Source: an uncultured delta proteobacterium | GTDB taxonomy: Bacteria > Desulfobacterota > BSN033 > UBA1163 | Length of the DNA: 64,000 bases | NCBI GenBank assembly: GCA_963827685.1 | Contig: CAWHBU010000002.1 | Span: 1,024,001-1,088,000 of the forward strand | Reading direction: 5' to 3' | In this document: positions 1 to 9,801 of the stretch, piece after piece | How the letters are laid out: every line of letters begins with the position of its first letter | Position numbering within the stretch: position 1 is the first letter of the stretch | Position numbers and translations under genes: made by a program | Notes under the pieces: generated by a model | The model's database searches: none | The model's input: the letters and a program-made list of their open reading frames with translations, nothing else | Told to the model about the DNA's origin: nothing

Positions 1-390
1 CAGGGCGGGGGAATTGGAAGCGCCATGATTAAGCGCTTACGCGAAAACCTTGCTGAAGAGGTGGAAATCATTGGTTTGGGAACAAATGCGATGGCAACCG
101 GAGCGATGCTAAAAGCAGGAGCCAACAAAGGCGCATCCGGAGAGAATGCCATCGTTCAAACCGTAAAAACCGTCGATATCATCATTGGAACAACAGGCAT
201 TGTGCTGGCCAATTCGATGATGGGGGAACTGACTCCTAAAATGGCGGAAGCCATTGGTTCGTCGCCTGCATTGAAATGCCTCCTCCCTTTAAAAACGCCG
301 GAGGTGGAAATCGTTGGAGCCCCAAAAGAACCCCTCCCCCATTTGATTGACCAGCTTGTTAAACGGATTAAAGAAATCATAGGAACATGA
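1..390 (+). CDS. DUF3842 family protein (5' partial)
   Basis: Frame open from base 1 (QGGGIGSAMIKRL); GTNAMAT..MLKAGA..GASGENA and ANSMMGELTP motifs. Confidence 0.85.
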   Translation, partial: QGGGIGSAMIKRLRENLAEEVEIIGLGTNAMATGAMLKAGANKGASGENAIVQTVKTVDIIIGTTGIVLANSMMGELTPKMAEAIGSSPALKCLLPLKTPEVEIVGAPKEPLPHLIDQLVKRIKEIIGT

Positions 391-453
391 CACCCCACTT
401 CCCATCCCTCTCCCGAGGGGAAGAGGGACAGGGTGAGGGAACAGGAGGAAAAA

Positions 454-642
454 ATGTGTGAGGCCAATGCCTACTTAATAAAAGAAGGAAAGGAAGAACT
501 CATTTTGGAGGATATCTCCATCCTTCGACCGGAAAAGGACGAACTCTATCTTCAAAATATCTTTGGAGAACAAAAACGGATCAAGGCTCGGATTAAAGAG
601 ATGAACCTCATCGACCATCGTATCCTTCTTGAAGAAGGTTAA
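454..642 (+). CDS. cooT: CooT family nickel-binding protein
   Basis: MCEANAY start after AGGAGG; IFGE..K motif and C-terminal H-R-I-L-L. Confidence 0.85.
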   Translation: MCEANAYLIKEGKEELILEDISILRPEKDELYLQNIFGEQKRIKARIKEMNLIDHRILLEEG

Positions 643-745
643 TTTTAACGAAAGGCGCAACGCGTTAGGGGTTAGAGTTGAAGTATTATCTCTACCCTTT
701 GCGCCTCGCCCCTAACGACTTACGTTTCTCAACTTTTTGAAATTG

Positions 746-799
746 GCCACGAAGGTCTTTCGTTCCCGCAGAAGCGGGAAAAGTCTTCGTGGCTTTTTT
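746..799 (+). terminator. Long hairpin plus T-tract in cbiM leader (possible attenuator)
   Basis: GCCACGAAG/CTTCGTGGC and TTCCCGC/GCGGGAA stems followed by T6, 40 nt before cbiM. Confidence 0.6.
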
Positions 800-838
800 A
801 TTCCCTAATACTCCGCCACGGGACAGAAAGGAGAATAG

Positions 839-1504
839 ATGCATATACCGGATGGATTTTTAAGCCACGGCATCAACGCAGCCACCTTTGTTGTTTCTGC
901 AGGAACCTGTGCCTATGGAGTGAAACGGGTAAACCGCACCTTTGGAGAGCGAGAAGTTCCTCTGATGGGCGTGACGGCTTCCTTTATCTTTGCGGCCCAG
1001 ATGATCAACTTTCCGGTGGCCGGAGGAACGAGCGGTCACTTTCTGGGGGCCGTCTTTTCCTCGGTCCTCTTGGGCCCCTGGGCAAGCCTCCTCATTATGA
1101 CCATTGTCCTGGTTGTTCAATGCCTTGGGTTTGCCGATGGAGGATTGACTGCTATCGGATCCAATATCTTCAATATGGGTGTCATTGGAGCATTGGGAGG
1201 CTATGGTATTTTTATCTTTCTCTATACCTTGTTCCAAAAAAGTCGAAAAGGCTTTTTCACGGCCCTGGCCATTTCATCATGGTTCTCCATTGTGATGGGA
1301 GCTTCTGCAGCGGCCATCGAATTAGCGATCTCAGGGACCTCTCCCCTAAAGGTAGCTTTGCCCGCCATGGCAGGTGTCCACGCCATCATCGGCATCGGCG
1401 AGGCGATCATTACCACAACTGCTGTTTCTCTCATTTTAAAAACGAGGCCAGACCTGGTAACCGCTTATGTCAAGAAAGGAGCTCCATATGAAAAGGCGAC
1501 TTGA
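839..1504 (+). CDS. cbiM: Ni/Co ECF transporter substrate-binding component CbiM/NikM
   Basis: MHIPDGFL N-terminus, GGTSGH, multiple TM helices. Confidence 0.92.
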   Translation: MHIPDGFLSHGINAATFVVSAGTCAYGVKRVNRTFGEREVPLMGVTASFIFAAQMINFPVAGGTSGHFLGAVFSSVLLGPWASLLIMTIVLVVQCLGFADGGLTAIGSNIFNMGVIGALGGYGIFIFLYTLFQKSRKGFFTALAISSWFSIVMGASAAAIELAISGTSPLKVALPAMAGVHAIIGIGEAIITTTAVSLILKTRPDLVTAYVKKGAPYEKAT

Positions 1505-1784
1505 CGGATTTGTCTGGGTCGGATTGGGAATTGCCCTCCTCCTGGCCCTCTTCCTTTCGCCCTTTGCCTCCACTTCTCCTGATGGTCTTGAGAAGGTGGC
1601 AGCGACGGAGGGATTTTCAGAAAAGGGAGAGGGTTGGAAATTCTGGAAACATGCACCTCTCTCTGATTACACTCTTCCATGGATTAAGAGTGAAAAACTC
1701 TCAACCGCACTTTCAGGTCTGATCGGAACCCTAGCCATTTTCTTCATCACGATAGGTATTGGAAAAATGATTAAAAAACGGTAG
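1488..1784 (+). CDS. PDGLE-domain NikN-like membrane protein
   Basis: ASTSPDGLEKVA motif, two TM helices, overlaps cbiM end. Confidence 0.85.
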   Translation: MKRRLDGFVWVGLGIALLLALFLSPFASTSPDGLEKVAATEGFSEKGEGWKFWKHAPLSDYTLPWIKSEKLSTALSGLIGTLAIFFITIGIGKMIKKR

Positions 1785-1804
1785 AAGATTTTCTCTGGAG
1801 GGGA

Positions 1805-2440
1805 TTATTTAAAATTTTTCTCACCGGCTTGAATTTCAATGTCCAACATATTTTCTCGCGGGGGCAGAACGCAGACGAACTTTTCGTTATACGCGCAAGA
1901 GGGATTATAGGCCATATTGAAGTTCAAGACCATCTTATAATCTGGCAGGACCTCGGCATCGATATACCTTCCACCTTCATAAGTCTCCTTCTCGTTCGTC
2001 TTATCTTTAAAAGGGACAAAAAGAGTATCGCTCAAAATGGATTTGTAAATTTCAATGGTATATTGCTTCTCATCCCAAGTGAAACGGAATTTCCCGTAAC
2101 TCAGATATCGCTTGTTTGTACCCTTGTTTGTTAAGAAGGTGGCATAATATTTCGGGTTATTGATATTGAAAATGAAGCGCTCAATCTTACCAGAAAAGAC
2201 ATATTGGGGATTAAAAGGGTAGTATTTTAGCCCCTTAAAGTTTTTCTTGTCTTGAGGAAGAAGCGGAGAACGCTGATGGTTTTTGAAAAAGGCACCCCGT
2301 TCTTTCCTCCATTTCAGAACGCGTTGCTCTTGGAAAGCCGTTTCTTTCCGATCCTCTCCCCTCGTCGTAACAGGAATTCCTTGGAGCAGCAAAAAAAAAC
2401 CCGCGATCAATAGGATAGAAATAATCTTCTCTTTCTTCAT
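1805..2440 (-). CDS. DUF1684 family exported protein
   Basis: F.GL.YY, PFKDKTN..ETY.GGRY, FNMAYNP.CAY...F.C.LPP.EN motifs. Confidence 0.88.
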   Translation of the reverse strand: MKKEKIISILLIAGFFLLLQGIPVTTRGEDRKETAFQEQRVLKWRKERGAFFKNHQRSPLLPQDKKNFKGLKYYPFNPQYVFSGKIERFIFNINNPKYYATFLTNKGTNKRYLSYGKFRFTWDEKQYTIEIYKSILSDTLFVPFKDKTNEKETYEGGRYIDAEVLPDYKMVLNFNMAYNPSCAYNEKFVCVLPPRENMLDIEIQAGEKNFK

Positions 2441-2639
2441 CCTGTGCCATCAACCCTGTTTATCTTAACAAACAGGATGCCCAGACGCAAATCATTAGGG
2501 AGCTCTAAAAAACTATGACGCGTTCTCCTGATTACACAGATTTTCCTTGTTTTCCAATACCTCCCCCATCTGTGTAATCGGTTTTTAATCGGCGCAATCA
2601 GAGATTTCTGGCCTTTTTCAGAAATCTCCATCTATGGTC

Positions 2640-2694
2640 TTGACAGATTTAACGGCATCCAGTATATTAGCGTTATTCTTATTAAAGAATAACG
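2640..2694 (+). promoter_or_regulatory. sigma70 promoter plus ModE operator
   Basis: TTGACA-17nt-TATATT (2640-2668), then palindrome CGTTATTCTT-ATTA-AAGAATAACG (2671-2694) fitting the CGTTAT-N12-ATAACG ModE box. Confidence 0.85.
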
Positions 2695-2708
2695 ATGGAA
2701 GTGAAACC

Positions 2709-3059
2709 ATGAAGATCGGTTACAAGATCTGGCTGGATAACCATGGGAAAGCCTTTGGAGATGGTCCTTGTGAGCTTTTAAGGCGGGTTGAAAAAATGAT
2801 GTCCCTCCACCAAGCGGCCAATCAGATGGGTATGTCCTACAGCAAGGCATGGCGCTTGATCCAGACCTTGGAGGAAAGGCTTGGCTTTGCTCTTCTGGAA
2901 CGGAAAGTCGGAGGCCCATCCGGAGGAGGTTCCCGGGTCACCTCCCGGGGAAAAGCTCTCATGAGTCAATATGAGCGATTTCGGAAAGACGTAGAGAAGA
3001 GCATCGAGAAAGTCTACCATAAGCATTTTGGGTCTGCGGAGAAAAAAGGACGGAAATGA
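2709..3059 (+). CDS. modE: ModE family regulator (N-terminal wHTH only)
   Basis: FGDG..ELL, SL..AA..MGMSY.KAW, GG.SGGGS.VT; no TOBE domains. Confidence 0.88.
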   Translation: MKIGYKIWLDNHGKAFGDGPCELLRRVEKMMSLHQAANQMGMSYSKAWRLIQTLEERLGFALLERKVGGPSGGGSRVTSRGKALMSQYERFRKDVEKSIEKVYHKHFGSAEKKGRK

Positions 3060-3913
3060 AGAAGGTTCCTTTTCTGATACCGATACTTTTGGCATTCGTC
3101 GTTACTGGAAATGCCCAATCCGCATCGGGGAGAATTTTGGTTTTCGCCGGGGCTGCGAGCAAACCGGCAACAGAAGAGGGAGTGCGAATTTTTCAGGAGA
3201 GATTTGGCATACCGGTCGATGTGGTCTTCGGCGGTTCCGGATTCGTCCTCTCCCAGATGAAATTGGCAAAAAAGGGAGACCTCTACTTTCCGGGATCTTC
3301 CGACTTTATGGAGATGGCCAAAAAGGAGAGCTTAGTATTTCCTGAATCAGAAAGAATTCTTGTTTATCTCATCCCTGCGATCAATGTACAAAAAGGGAAT
3401 CCTAAAAGGATCTATTCTCTCAAAGATCTTACAAGGGGCGGCATAAGGGTTGCCATCGCCAATCCAGAAACAGTCTGCGTTGGGACTTATGCGGTGGAAA
3501 TTATCGAGAAAAATTACAACTCCGTTGAAAAAGAAAGGTTTAAGAAAAATTTAGTCAATTATACAGAAAGCTGTGAGAAAACAGCCAATGTCATCTCCCT
3601 CAAGGCAGTGGATGCTGTTTTGGGTTGGGGGGTTTTTCAATATTGGGACCCTGGCCGGATCGAGACAATCTATTTAAGGCCGGAAGAGATTCCAAGAATC
3701 GGTTACATCCCGATCGCCCTTTCAAAATTCACCCGCGACCAAGTGCTCGCTCAGAAGTTTATTGATTTCCTCTTCTCTCCTCAGGGGAAGGTGGCCTTCC
3801 GAAAATATCATTACTTGATGGATCTTAAAGAGGCACGACATTTTACCAGACCCGATACACCCGTGGGAGGGGAGTACGTTCTTCCTAATGAATGGAGGAC
3901 CATGAAGAAATGA
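3056..3913 (+). CDS. modA: Molybdate ABC transporter substrate-binding protein
   Basis: Signal peptide, FAGAAS, FGGSG, IANP; operon context. Confidence 0.88.
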   Translation: MKKVPFLIPILLAFVVTGNAQSASGRILVFAGAASKPATEEGVRIFQERFGIPVDVVFGGSGFVLSQMKLAKKGDLYFPGSSDFMEMAKKESLVFPESERILVYLIPAINVQKGNPKRIYSLKDLTRGGIRVAIANPETVCVGTYAVEIIEKNYNSVEKERFKKNLVNYTESCEKTANVISLKAVDAVLGWGVFQYWDPGRIETIYLRPEEIPRIGYIPIALSKFTRDQVLAQKFIDFLFSPQGKVAFRKYHYLMDLKEARHFTRPDTPVGGEYVLPNEWRTMKK

Positions 3914-4686
3914 GTTTTCGGTATACGATGATCGGGGCGGCAGTAGGTATCTTCATCTTCTATTTGGGACTCATCCTCTCGCTTTTCTATTTTGTGGGTG
4001 GCAAAGGATTTTGGGAAGCCTTGTCACACCCCAACACCCTATTTTCTATCCGTCTGAGCCTGATCGGTGCAACCCTGGCAACATTTTTTGCTGTGCTCAT
4101 TGGACTTCCATCAGCGTATGCTTTATCTCGCTTCAAATTTGTGGGTAAGGGAATTTTGGATACATTTTTGGAAATCCCGATGATCATTTCACCCATCGCC
4201 CTCGGCGCTGCTTTTCTCGTCTTCTTCAATACTCCCTTAGGAGAATTGATCCAAACAAAAGGCATCTTTTTTGTTTTCGAAGTCCCAGGCATTATCTTAG
4301 CCCAATTTGCCACGATTGCAGGTCTGACAACGCGATTGATGAAGGCCTCTCTGGATGAAATCTCTCCGAGGTACGAAGCAGTAGCTCGATCCCTCGGATC
4401 ATCCCCATGGCAGACCTTCTACCGCGTTACCCTTCCCCTTTCATTCAGGGGACTCCTCGCTTCCGTCATCCTTTCTTGGGCAAAAGCCTTTGGAGAATTT
4501 GGAGCCACGGTCACCCTTGCAGGGGCAATGCCAGGAAAGACGGAAACGATGCCCATTGCCATTTTTACTTCTTTAGCTTCTGCCAATATTGACAAGGCTA
4601 TCGTCTTGATACTCATCTTAGTAGCCTTTGGCCTCTTAATTCTTTACAGTGTCCGATTGACCGGCAAAAGGTACCGCTATGATTAA
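3910..4686 (+). CDS. modB: Molybdate ABC transporter permease
   Basis: EAVARSLG loop, AFGEFGAT, TETMPIAI. Confidence 0.9.
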   Translation: MSFRYTMIGAAVGIFIFYLGLILSLFYFVGGKGFWEALSHPNTLFSIRLSLIGATLATFFAVLIGLPSAYALSRFKFVGKGILDTFLEIPMIISPIALGAAFLVFFNTPLGELIQTKGIFFVFEVPGIILAQFATIAGLTTRLMKASLDEISPRYEAVARSLGSSPWQTFYRVTLPLSFRGLLASVILSWAKAFGEFGATVTLAGAMPGKTETMPIAIFTSLASANIDKAIVLILILVAFGLLILYSVRLTGKRYRYD

Positions 4687-5774
4687 GATTGAAGGCCTCA
4701 CCCTTCTTTTCGAAATCGTTCAAGATAATGAATCTCAATATCCAAATTGAAGAAGGGGGATTCCATTTCCTCCTTGGCCCAACAGGGAGTGGAAAAACCC
4801 TACTCCTCGAATCCATCATGGGACTGCGCAGACCCAAGACGGGCAGGATCTGGATTGGAGATAAGGAAGTTCAGGGCCTACCGCCAGAGCGCAGAGGAAT
4901 CTCTTATGTTCCGCAAGATCTGGCCCTCTTTCCCCATCTCAAGGTAAGAGAGAACATCCTTTTTGGAATCAGGGCAAGAAATCTGGACACAAAGATCTAT
5001 GAAGAATATGTCCATGCCCTCGTAGGAGTGATGAAGATCGATCACCTTCTCGAACGATACCCTGCCCATCTCAGTGGAGGGGAAAAGAAACGCGTGGCCC
5101 TTCTTAGGGCATTGGCACCCAAACCGAATCTCCTTCTTCTTGATGAACCTCTCTCTGGCCTCGATCCATCCATCAAAATCGATATTCAGCATCTTCTAAA
5201 AAATCTCCATTCCTCCTTTCACACGACAACTCTCTGTGTCACCCATGATTTTGAAGAGGCATACTTTTTAGGTGACGAAATGACCATCTTTATTGATGGG
5301 AAGGTGGAGCAGGTTGGAAAACGAGACGATGTTTTTTTAAGACCTAAATCTATTAAGGTGGCTCAATTTTTGGGTGCAAAAAACCTTTACAGGGCAAAGG
5401 TTTTGAAGAGTGAGACATCATCACAGCGATTGATCCTTGGAGTCAACGGCCTTCAATTTTCTGTTCCAATGAGTTTGTATCAAGATAAGATGGAGGTGGG
5501 AAAAGAAGTCGATTTGTTCATCCGACCCGAAGAGGTGATGTTACTCCGCGAGGAGAAACTTGTGAAGGACTCCTTAAAACAAAATATTCTCGAAGGGAAG
5601 ATACAAGATATCAGCGTAAGAGAGAGATATCACACGATTTACTTTCAAACGACGGAAGGAAAGATCCTTTTTGAGATTTCAATCCCCAACTATGCTTTTC
5701 GAAACTTAAATCTCTCGATCGGGAAAATGGCTAGAATCGCCCTCCGAGAAGAATCCCTCTGGGTAATGGTCTAA
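4679..5774 (+). CDS. modC: Molybdate ABC ATPase with TOBE domain (one extra base near 4707-4710)
   Basis: GPTGSGKT, LSGGE, LLLDEP; natural start MIKIEGLTL at 4679 joins the ORF if one T is removed. Confidence 0.85.
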
Positions 5775-5855
5775 ATTCACCTCATGGCCTCATTCTCTTC
5801 CTGAGAGGAGGGTAAGGTCCTTATAAAACTTCATCCCCCGTTTTTCGGCGTAGGG

Positions 5856-5997
5856 TGTGCACAGGTTTGTTACATATTGTGCACAAATGCCCTTTCTCGC
5901 AGATCCATCGGTTGCTATCCAGAATTAAAATGAAGACAAATGCGGCCACGGCTAAACAAATTGGAACAACATGTGTTTTCTCCGGCACCAGTATTGC
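5856..5997 (+). promoter_or_regulatory. sigma54 promoter with upstream activator-like sites
   Basis: GGCAC-CAGTA-TTGC at 5984-5997; two TGTGCACA palindromes at 5856 and 5878. Confidence 0.65.
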
Positions 5998-6038
5998 CTG
6001 CCATAGGAATTTAAAGGTTAATGCGTAGGGGGAAAGCC

Positions 6039-6428
6039 ATGGACATCCCGATGGAGCCAAAAACATTCGGCCTTCTGGCCGCCATCCTGTTTTTCCTTAT
6101 CTCTCTTCTTATCAATCTGCTTCAACGCCGTTATGCAAAAACCCGCTTGGGTCGTATGCTCAGAAAGGAAGAGTCTATCATCAATTTCCTTGAGGGAATA
6201 CATAGAAATCTTGGTAAACTGGAAGTCACTTGTACCCTTGAGGTGCAAGGGGCAAGCTCCCCCCAGGAAGTGGGAAAAACAATCCACCTGGTAAGGAATG
6301 AGATTCAATCGACCATTGCTAACATGGAGGAACATCTTCGTTCTTTTCGTCAGTACAGACGAAAAGAAAAAGCACGTGAAAAACGGAAAAAAGTGTTGGA
6401 GAAATCATATCAAAGATCGTCCGGATGA
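6039..6428 (+). CDS. Hypothetical protein, N-terminal TM plus coiled coil
   Basis: ORF with GGGGG RBS downstream of a sigma54 motif. Confidence 0.6.
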   Translation: MDIPMEPKTFGLLAAILFFLISLLINLLQRRYAKTRLGRMLRKEESIINFLEGIHRNLGKLEVTCTLEVQGASSPQEVGKTIHLVRNEIQSTIANMEEHLRSFRQYRRKEKAREKRKKVLEKSYQRSSG

Positions 6429-6542
6429 TGAGCCACGCGAGAAATGTGATGGTGCTCTATCGCAACGCAACCCTGGGAGCCGTTGCCGGTCGTTCCCGCA
6501 CCGTTTCCATCAGGGAAGTAGGCTTTCTAAGAAAGACTATCC

Positions 6543-7205
6543 TTATTTCTCTTCGCCTTCAATTCGAATCTCGATACGTTGAGACGTTTCGCACCCTTTC
6601 AGGGAGGAAAGCATCCCTTTGAGGGTCTTGGTTAGAAAATCTCTGACGAAAGGGGTCATGGGAATTGGTCTTCCATCCACCCTCAGGAGAATCTCTTTTT
6701 CTTTCTTTAATTTGAGAAACTTCTTCTCAATAAAGTTGGAAAGCCCTCTCATATCTTCAAGGTGAAAGCAGGGAACTCCAACAGTGAATCTTCGGTTCGA
6801 AACGATAGCGACGAGGTTATCTTTCTTCGTACAGAGAAGTTTTTTATGTTTCTCCTTCCGAAAAACCTCAATCTTAGGCTGAACGTCCCTTTTATATCCT
6901 TCTGAGAGGATAAGGTCCACATCCTGAATCCATCTTCCCCGGATTTCATCCAGGGTTAAATCCCTTTCCACATCCCGAATCAAAGCGATCTTTTGGGGGG
7001 ACGAGATGACGACAGTGTGTGCCCCTGCTTGCTTGTGCCGCCAACTATCTTTCCCCTCCCGATCCACTTCAAATCCATGCATGTCATGCTTGACCGTTGC
7101 AACCCGATAACCTCGCCGGGTCAACTCGGGGACTAATTTTTCAATCAGCGTGGTCTTTCCACTATCCGATTTTCCAACAATTGAAATGATGGGAATCATG
7201 CGCAC
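6543..7205 (-). CDS. mobB: Molybdopterin-guanine dinucleotide biosynthesis protein MobB
   Basis: G.SDSGKTT, KHD.H.F..D..GKDS.RH..AGA, EGYK. Confidence 0.92.
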   Translation of the reverse strand: MRMIPIISIVGKSDSGKTTLIEKLVPELTRRGYRVATVKHDMHGFEVDREGKDSWRHKQAGAHTVVISSPQKIALIRDVERDLTLDEIRGRWIQDVDLILSEGYKRDVQPKIEVFRKEKHKKLLCTKKDNLVAIVSNRRFTVGVPCFHLEDMRGLSNFIEKKFLKLKKEKEILLRVDGRPIPMTPFVRDFLTKTLKGMLSSLKGCETSQRIEIRIEGEEK

Positions 7206-7307
7206 TCCGTGCGAGTTTTGAGTTCGGAGTTTTTTGAATTCAATGACTTTTTGTCATGATTATTTTTAATAATTCACTCCGAACTAATTACTTCGAACTC
7301 CGAACTT

Positions 7308-8522
7308 TTAAAAATTACGGTCTAACAACTGAACCTTTACCTTCTCCCCTGCCCTCACAATCTCCTGATCTTCAGAGATGACGATCAAGCCATTTGCCCT
7401 TACCATGGATCTTAAAATTCCAGACCCCTGCTCTCCAGTGGTGGTAACAACGTATTGATTCTTCTCAAAAGAGACAGACCCTCTAATGAAATAGCGGCTT
7501 CCGGCCATCTTCTTAATCTCCTCTTTTAAAATGGCCTCAACCAGGGGCCGAAAAATCTGACGACAGCCCATCATCTTCAGAAGAGAGGGTCTCACAAATT
7601 GTTCAAAAGAAATCATGGATGAGACGGGATTTCCCGGAAGGCCAAACACTGGTTTTCCTCCGATCGTTCCAAAAGCCAGAGGCTGTCCCGGCCTCATGGC
7701 TACTTTCCAGAAAACCATCTCCATACCCAAATGCTTCATGACATCTTTAACGAAATCATAGTCACCCACGGAAACCCCTGCAGAGGAGATCAGGACATCT
7801 GCTCGGATCCCCTGACGAAGTTTTTCTTCGATCTCCTCTTTCCGGTCCTTGGCAATACCCAATTGAAGGGGGATCGCTCCGCAATCCTTAACCTGGGCCC
7901 CTAACGTGTAAGAATTACTTGAAATGATTTTGACCTCATCCAAATCCCCATCCACATCGACTAATTCGTCTCCTGTGCAGAGAATGGCGACCACCGGTCT
8001 CTGAGAAACAGAGACAAAAGAGCGTCCAACGGAAGCAAGCATCCCTACCTCTGCCGGACGGATCGTATCCCCCTTGAAAATCACACGATCTCCTTGCTTC
8101 ACATCCTCCCCAGACTTCCGGATGTTTTCCCCAAGAGCAGCAGCCTTGAGAATCAAGGCAAATCCATCTTCTTTCTTTGACTCTTCAACAGGAATGACCG
8201 TATCTGCCCCTTTCGGAATGGGAGCCCCTGTCATAATACGGATGGCCTTTCCTTTCTCGAGTGTCTTTGTTGATATAAAACCTGCAGGAAGATCTTCGAT
8301 CACCTCTAACCGGATAGGATGATCTTCGGAGGCGTTCTGGATATCTTCCGACCTCACTGCATACCCGTCCATGGCTGAATTATCCAGAGGTGGGATGTTT
8401 CTTTTGGCGTAGATATCTTCCGCGATCACCCTTCCTAAGGAATCCAAGAGAGAGACCTTTTCGAATCCTAAAGGACGAATGTGAGAAAGAATTTTATCTA
8501 AGGCTTCATCTACCGGAATCAT
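7308..8522 (-). CDS. moeA: Molybdopterin molybdotransferase
   Basis: SAMDGYA, IMTGAP, TGDEL, GVSVGDYD, GLPGNPVS. Confidence 0.95.
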   Translation of the reverse strand: MIPVDEALDKILSHIRPLGFEKVSLLDSLGRVIAEDIYAKRNIPPLDNSAMDGYAVRSEDIQNASEDHPIRLEVIEDLPAGFISTKTLEKGKAIRIMTGAPIPKGADTVIPVEESKKEDGFALILKAAALGENIRKSGEDVKQGDRVIFKGDTIRPAEVGMLASVGRSFVSVSQRPVVAILCTGDELVDVDGDLDEVKIISSNSYTLGAQVKDCGAIPLQLGIAKDRKEEIEEKLRQGIRADVLISSAGVSVGDYDFVKDVMKHLGMEMVFWKVAMRPGQPLAFGTIGGKPVFGLPGNPVSSMISFEQFVRPSLLKMMGCRQIFRPLVEAILKEEIKKMAGSRYFIRGSVSFEKNQYVVTTTGEQGSGILRSMVRANGLIVISEDQEIVRAGEKVKVQLLDRNF

Positions 8523-8955
8523 ACAGCGAATATAACATAAAACTGACTTCAAGGAAATTCAAAGGCTGAAGAAGAATTTTCGTACGCCTCAGAGTTCTTT
8601 CATCCTTTCTATTTTGAATAATGTTATCTTGTATGGCGAAGAGGGGGACTTATTAGAGGATCGAGGCTTTTCGAAAACACAGTGGGCTGCTTGGTTGGTT
8701 AAGAAGAATATGCATTTTACGCTTCGATCAAAACCCATTAAGGGAATTATTTATTCAATACATGATTGAGAGCCACCCGCAGACTCCCCCTAGGACTTGG
8801 AGAGCGACTCTCTTGTGGACATATGGGAAATAAGTTAGAAAAATAAAATATGGGTAAAAATTATCCAAAAATCTCTTTTTGCATATGATCGGACTTAGAA
8901 TAGAAAGATAAATATTAAAAAATAATTTAATCTCAATTAGTTAAGGAGGTCAATA

Positions 8956-9786
8956 ATGATAGTTGCAGGAATAGATGTAGGCGGGAAGAACGTTCATATC
9001 GTCATCAAGAAAGATGGCCAAATTCTCGGAAAAGTTGCGGGTCCTACGGGAATTAAAAAGGCGGAGACTGTGGAACAACTCTATGGCGAGGTCCTGAAGA
9101 AGGCTGGCATTACCCGGAAGGATGTGGAGCGAGTGGTCGCCACAGGGAGTGCGGCTAAACGAGTTGCCTTTGCAAACGGTTTCATCCCCGATGCGGCGGC
9201 GGATGCCCGCGGGGTCAATAAACTGATCCCCTCAGCAAGGACCGTCATCGATGTGGGGGCCGAAGAAGGCAGGGCTATCAAAGTCGGCGCTGACGGAAAA
9301 GTTTTGGACTTTGCTATCAACGGGAAATGCGCAGCCGGTACAGGCACCTTTGTTGAGGCCATGTCCAGGGCGCTTGAGGTTTCCGTGGATGAGATGTCCA
9401 AGATCACTCTTCAATCCACCCAAACCCTTTCGACCAATGCTCAATGTGCGGTCTTCGGGGAATCCGAGGTGGTCTCACTCATTCATCAAAAGACACCCAA
9501 ACCAGATATTGCCCGGGCAGTGATGAATGCCATTGCCGGGAGAATTGCTTCCGTCGCACGTATTGTGGGACTGGAGAAGGATGTGGTGATGGTCGGCGGC
9601 TTGGCAAGAAATGCAGGGTTCGTTGACTCTCTTAAAAAGAGTATTGAAATGAACGTCCTGGTGCCGAAGGACCCTGATTACATGGGGGCTCTTGGTGCTG
9701 CCGAAGCGGCAGCCGCTGGAGTCTTTGCGGAAGAAGTCAAAACAAAGGTCCTGGAAAAAGAGACCGTCTCAGAAGGAAAAGCCTAA
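8956..9786 (+). CDS. bzdP: Acyl-CoA reductase/dehydratase activase, BzdP-like
   Basis: GIDVG, DVGAEE, KCAAGTG, CAVFGESE (ASKHA fold); adjacent to bzdQ. Confidence 0.75.
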   Translation: MIVAGIDVGGKNVHIVIKKDGQILGKVAGPTGIKKAETVEQLYGEVLKKAGITRKDVERVVATGSAAKRVAFANGFIPDAAADARGVNKLIPSARTVIDVGAEEGRAIKVGADGKVLDFAINGKCAAGTGTFVEAMSRALEVSVDEMSKITLQSTQTLSTNAQCAVFGESEVVSLIHQKTPKPDIARAVMNAIAGRIASVARIVGLEKDVVMVGGLARNAGFVDSLKKSIEMNVLVPKDPDYMGALGAAEAAAAGVFAEEVKTKVLEKETVSEGKA

Positions 9787-9801
9787 TCGCTTAAGATAAA
9801 G

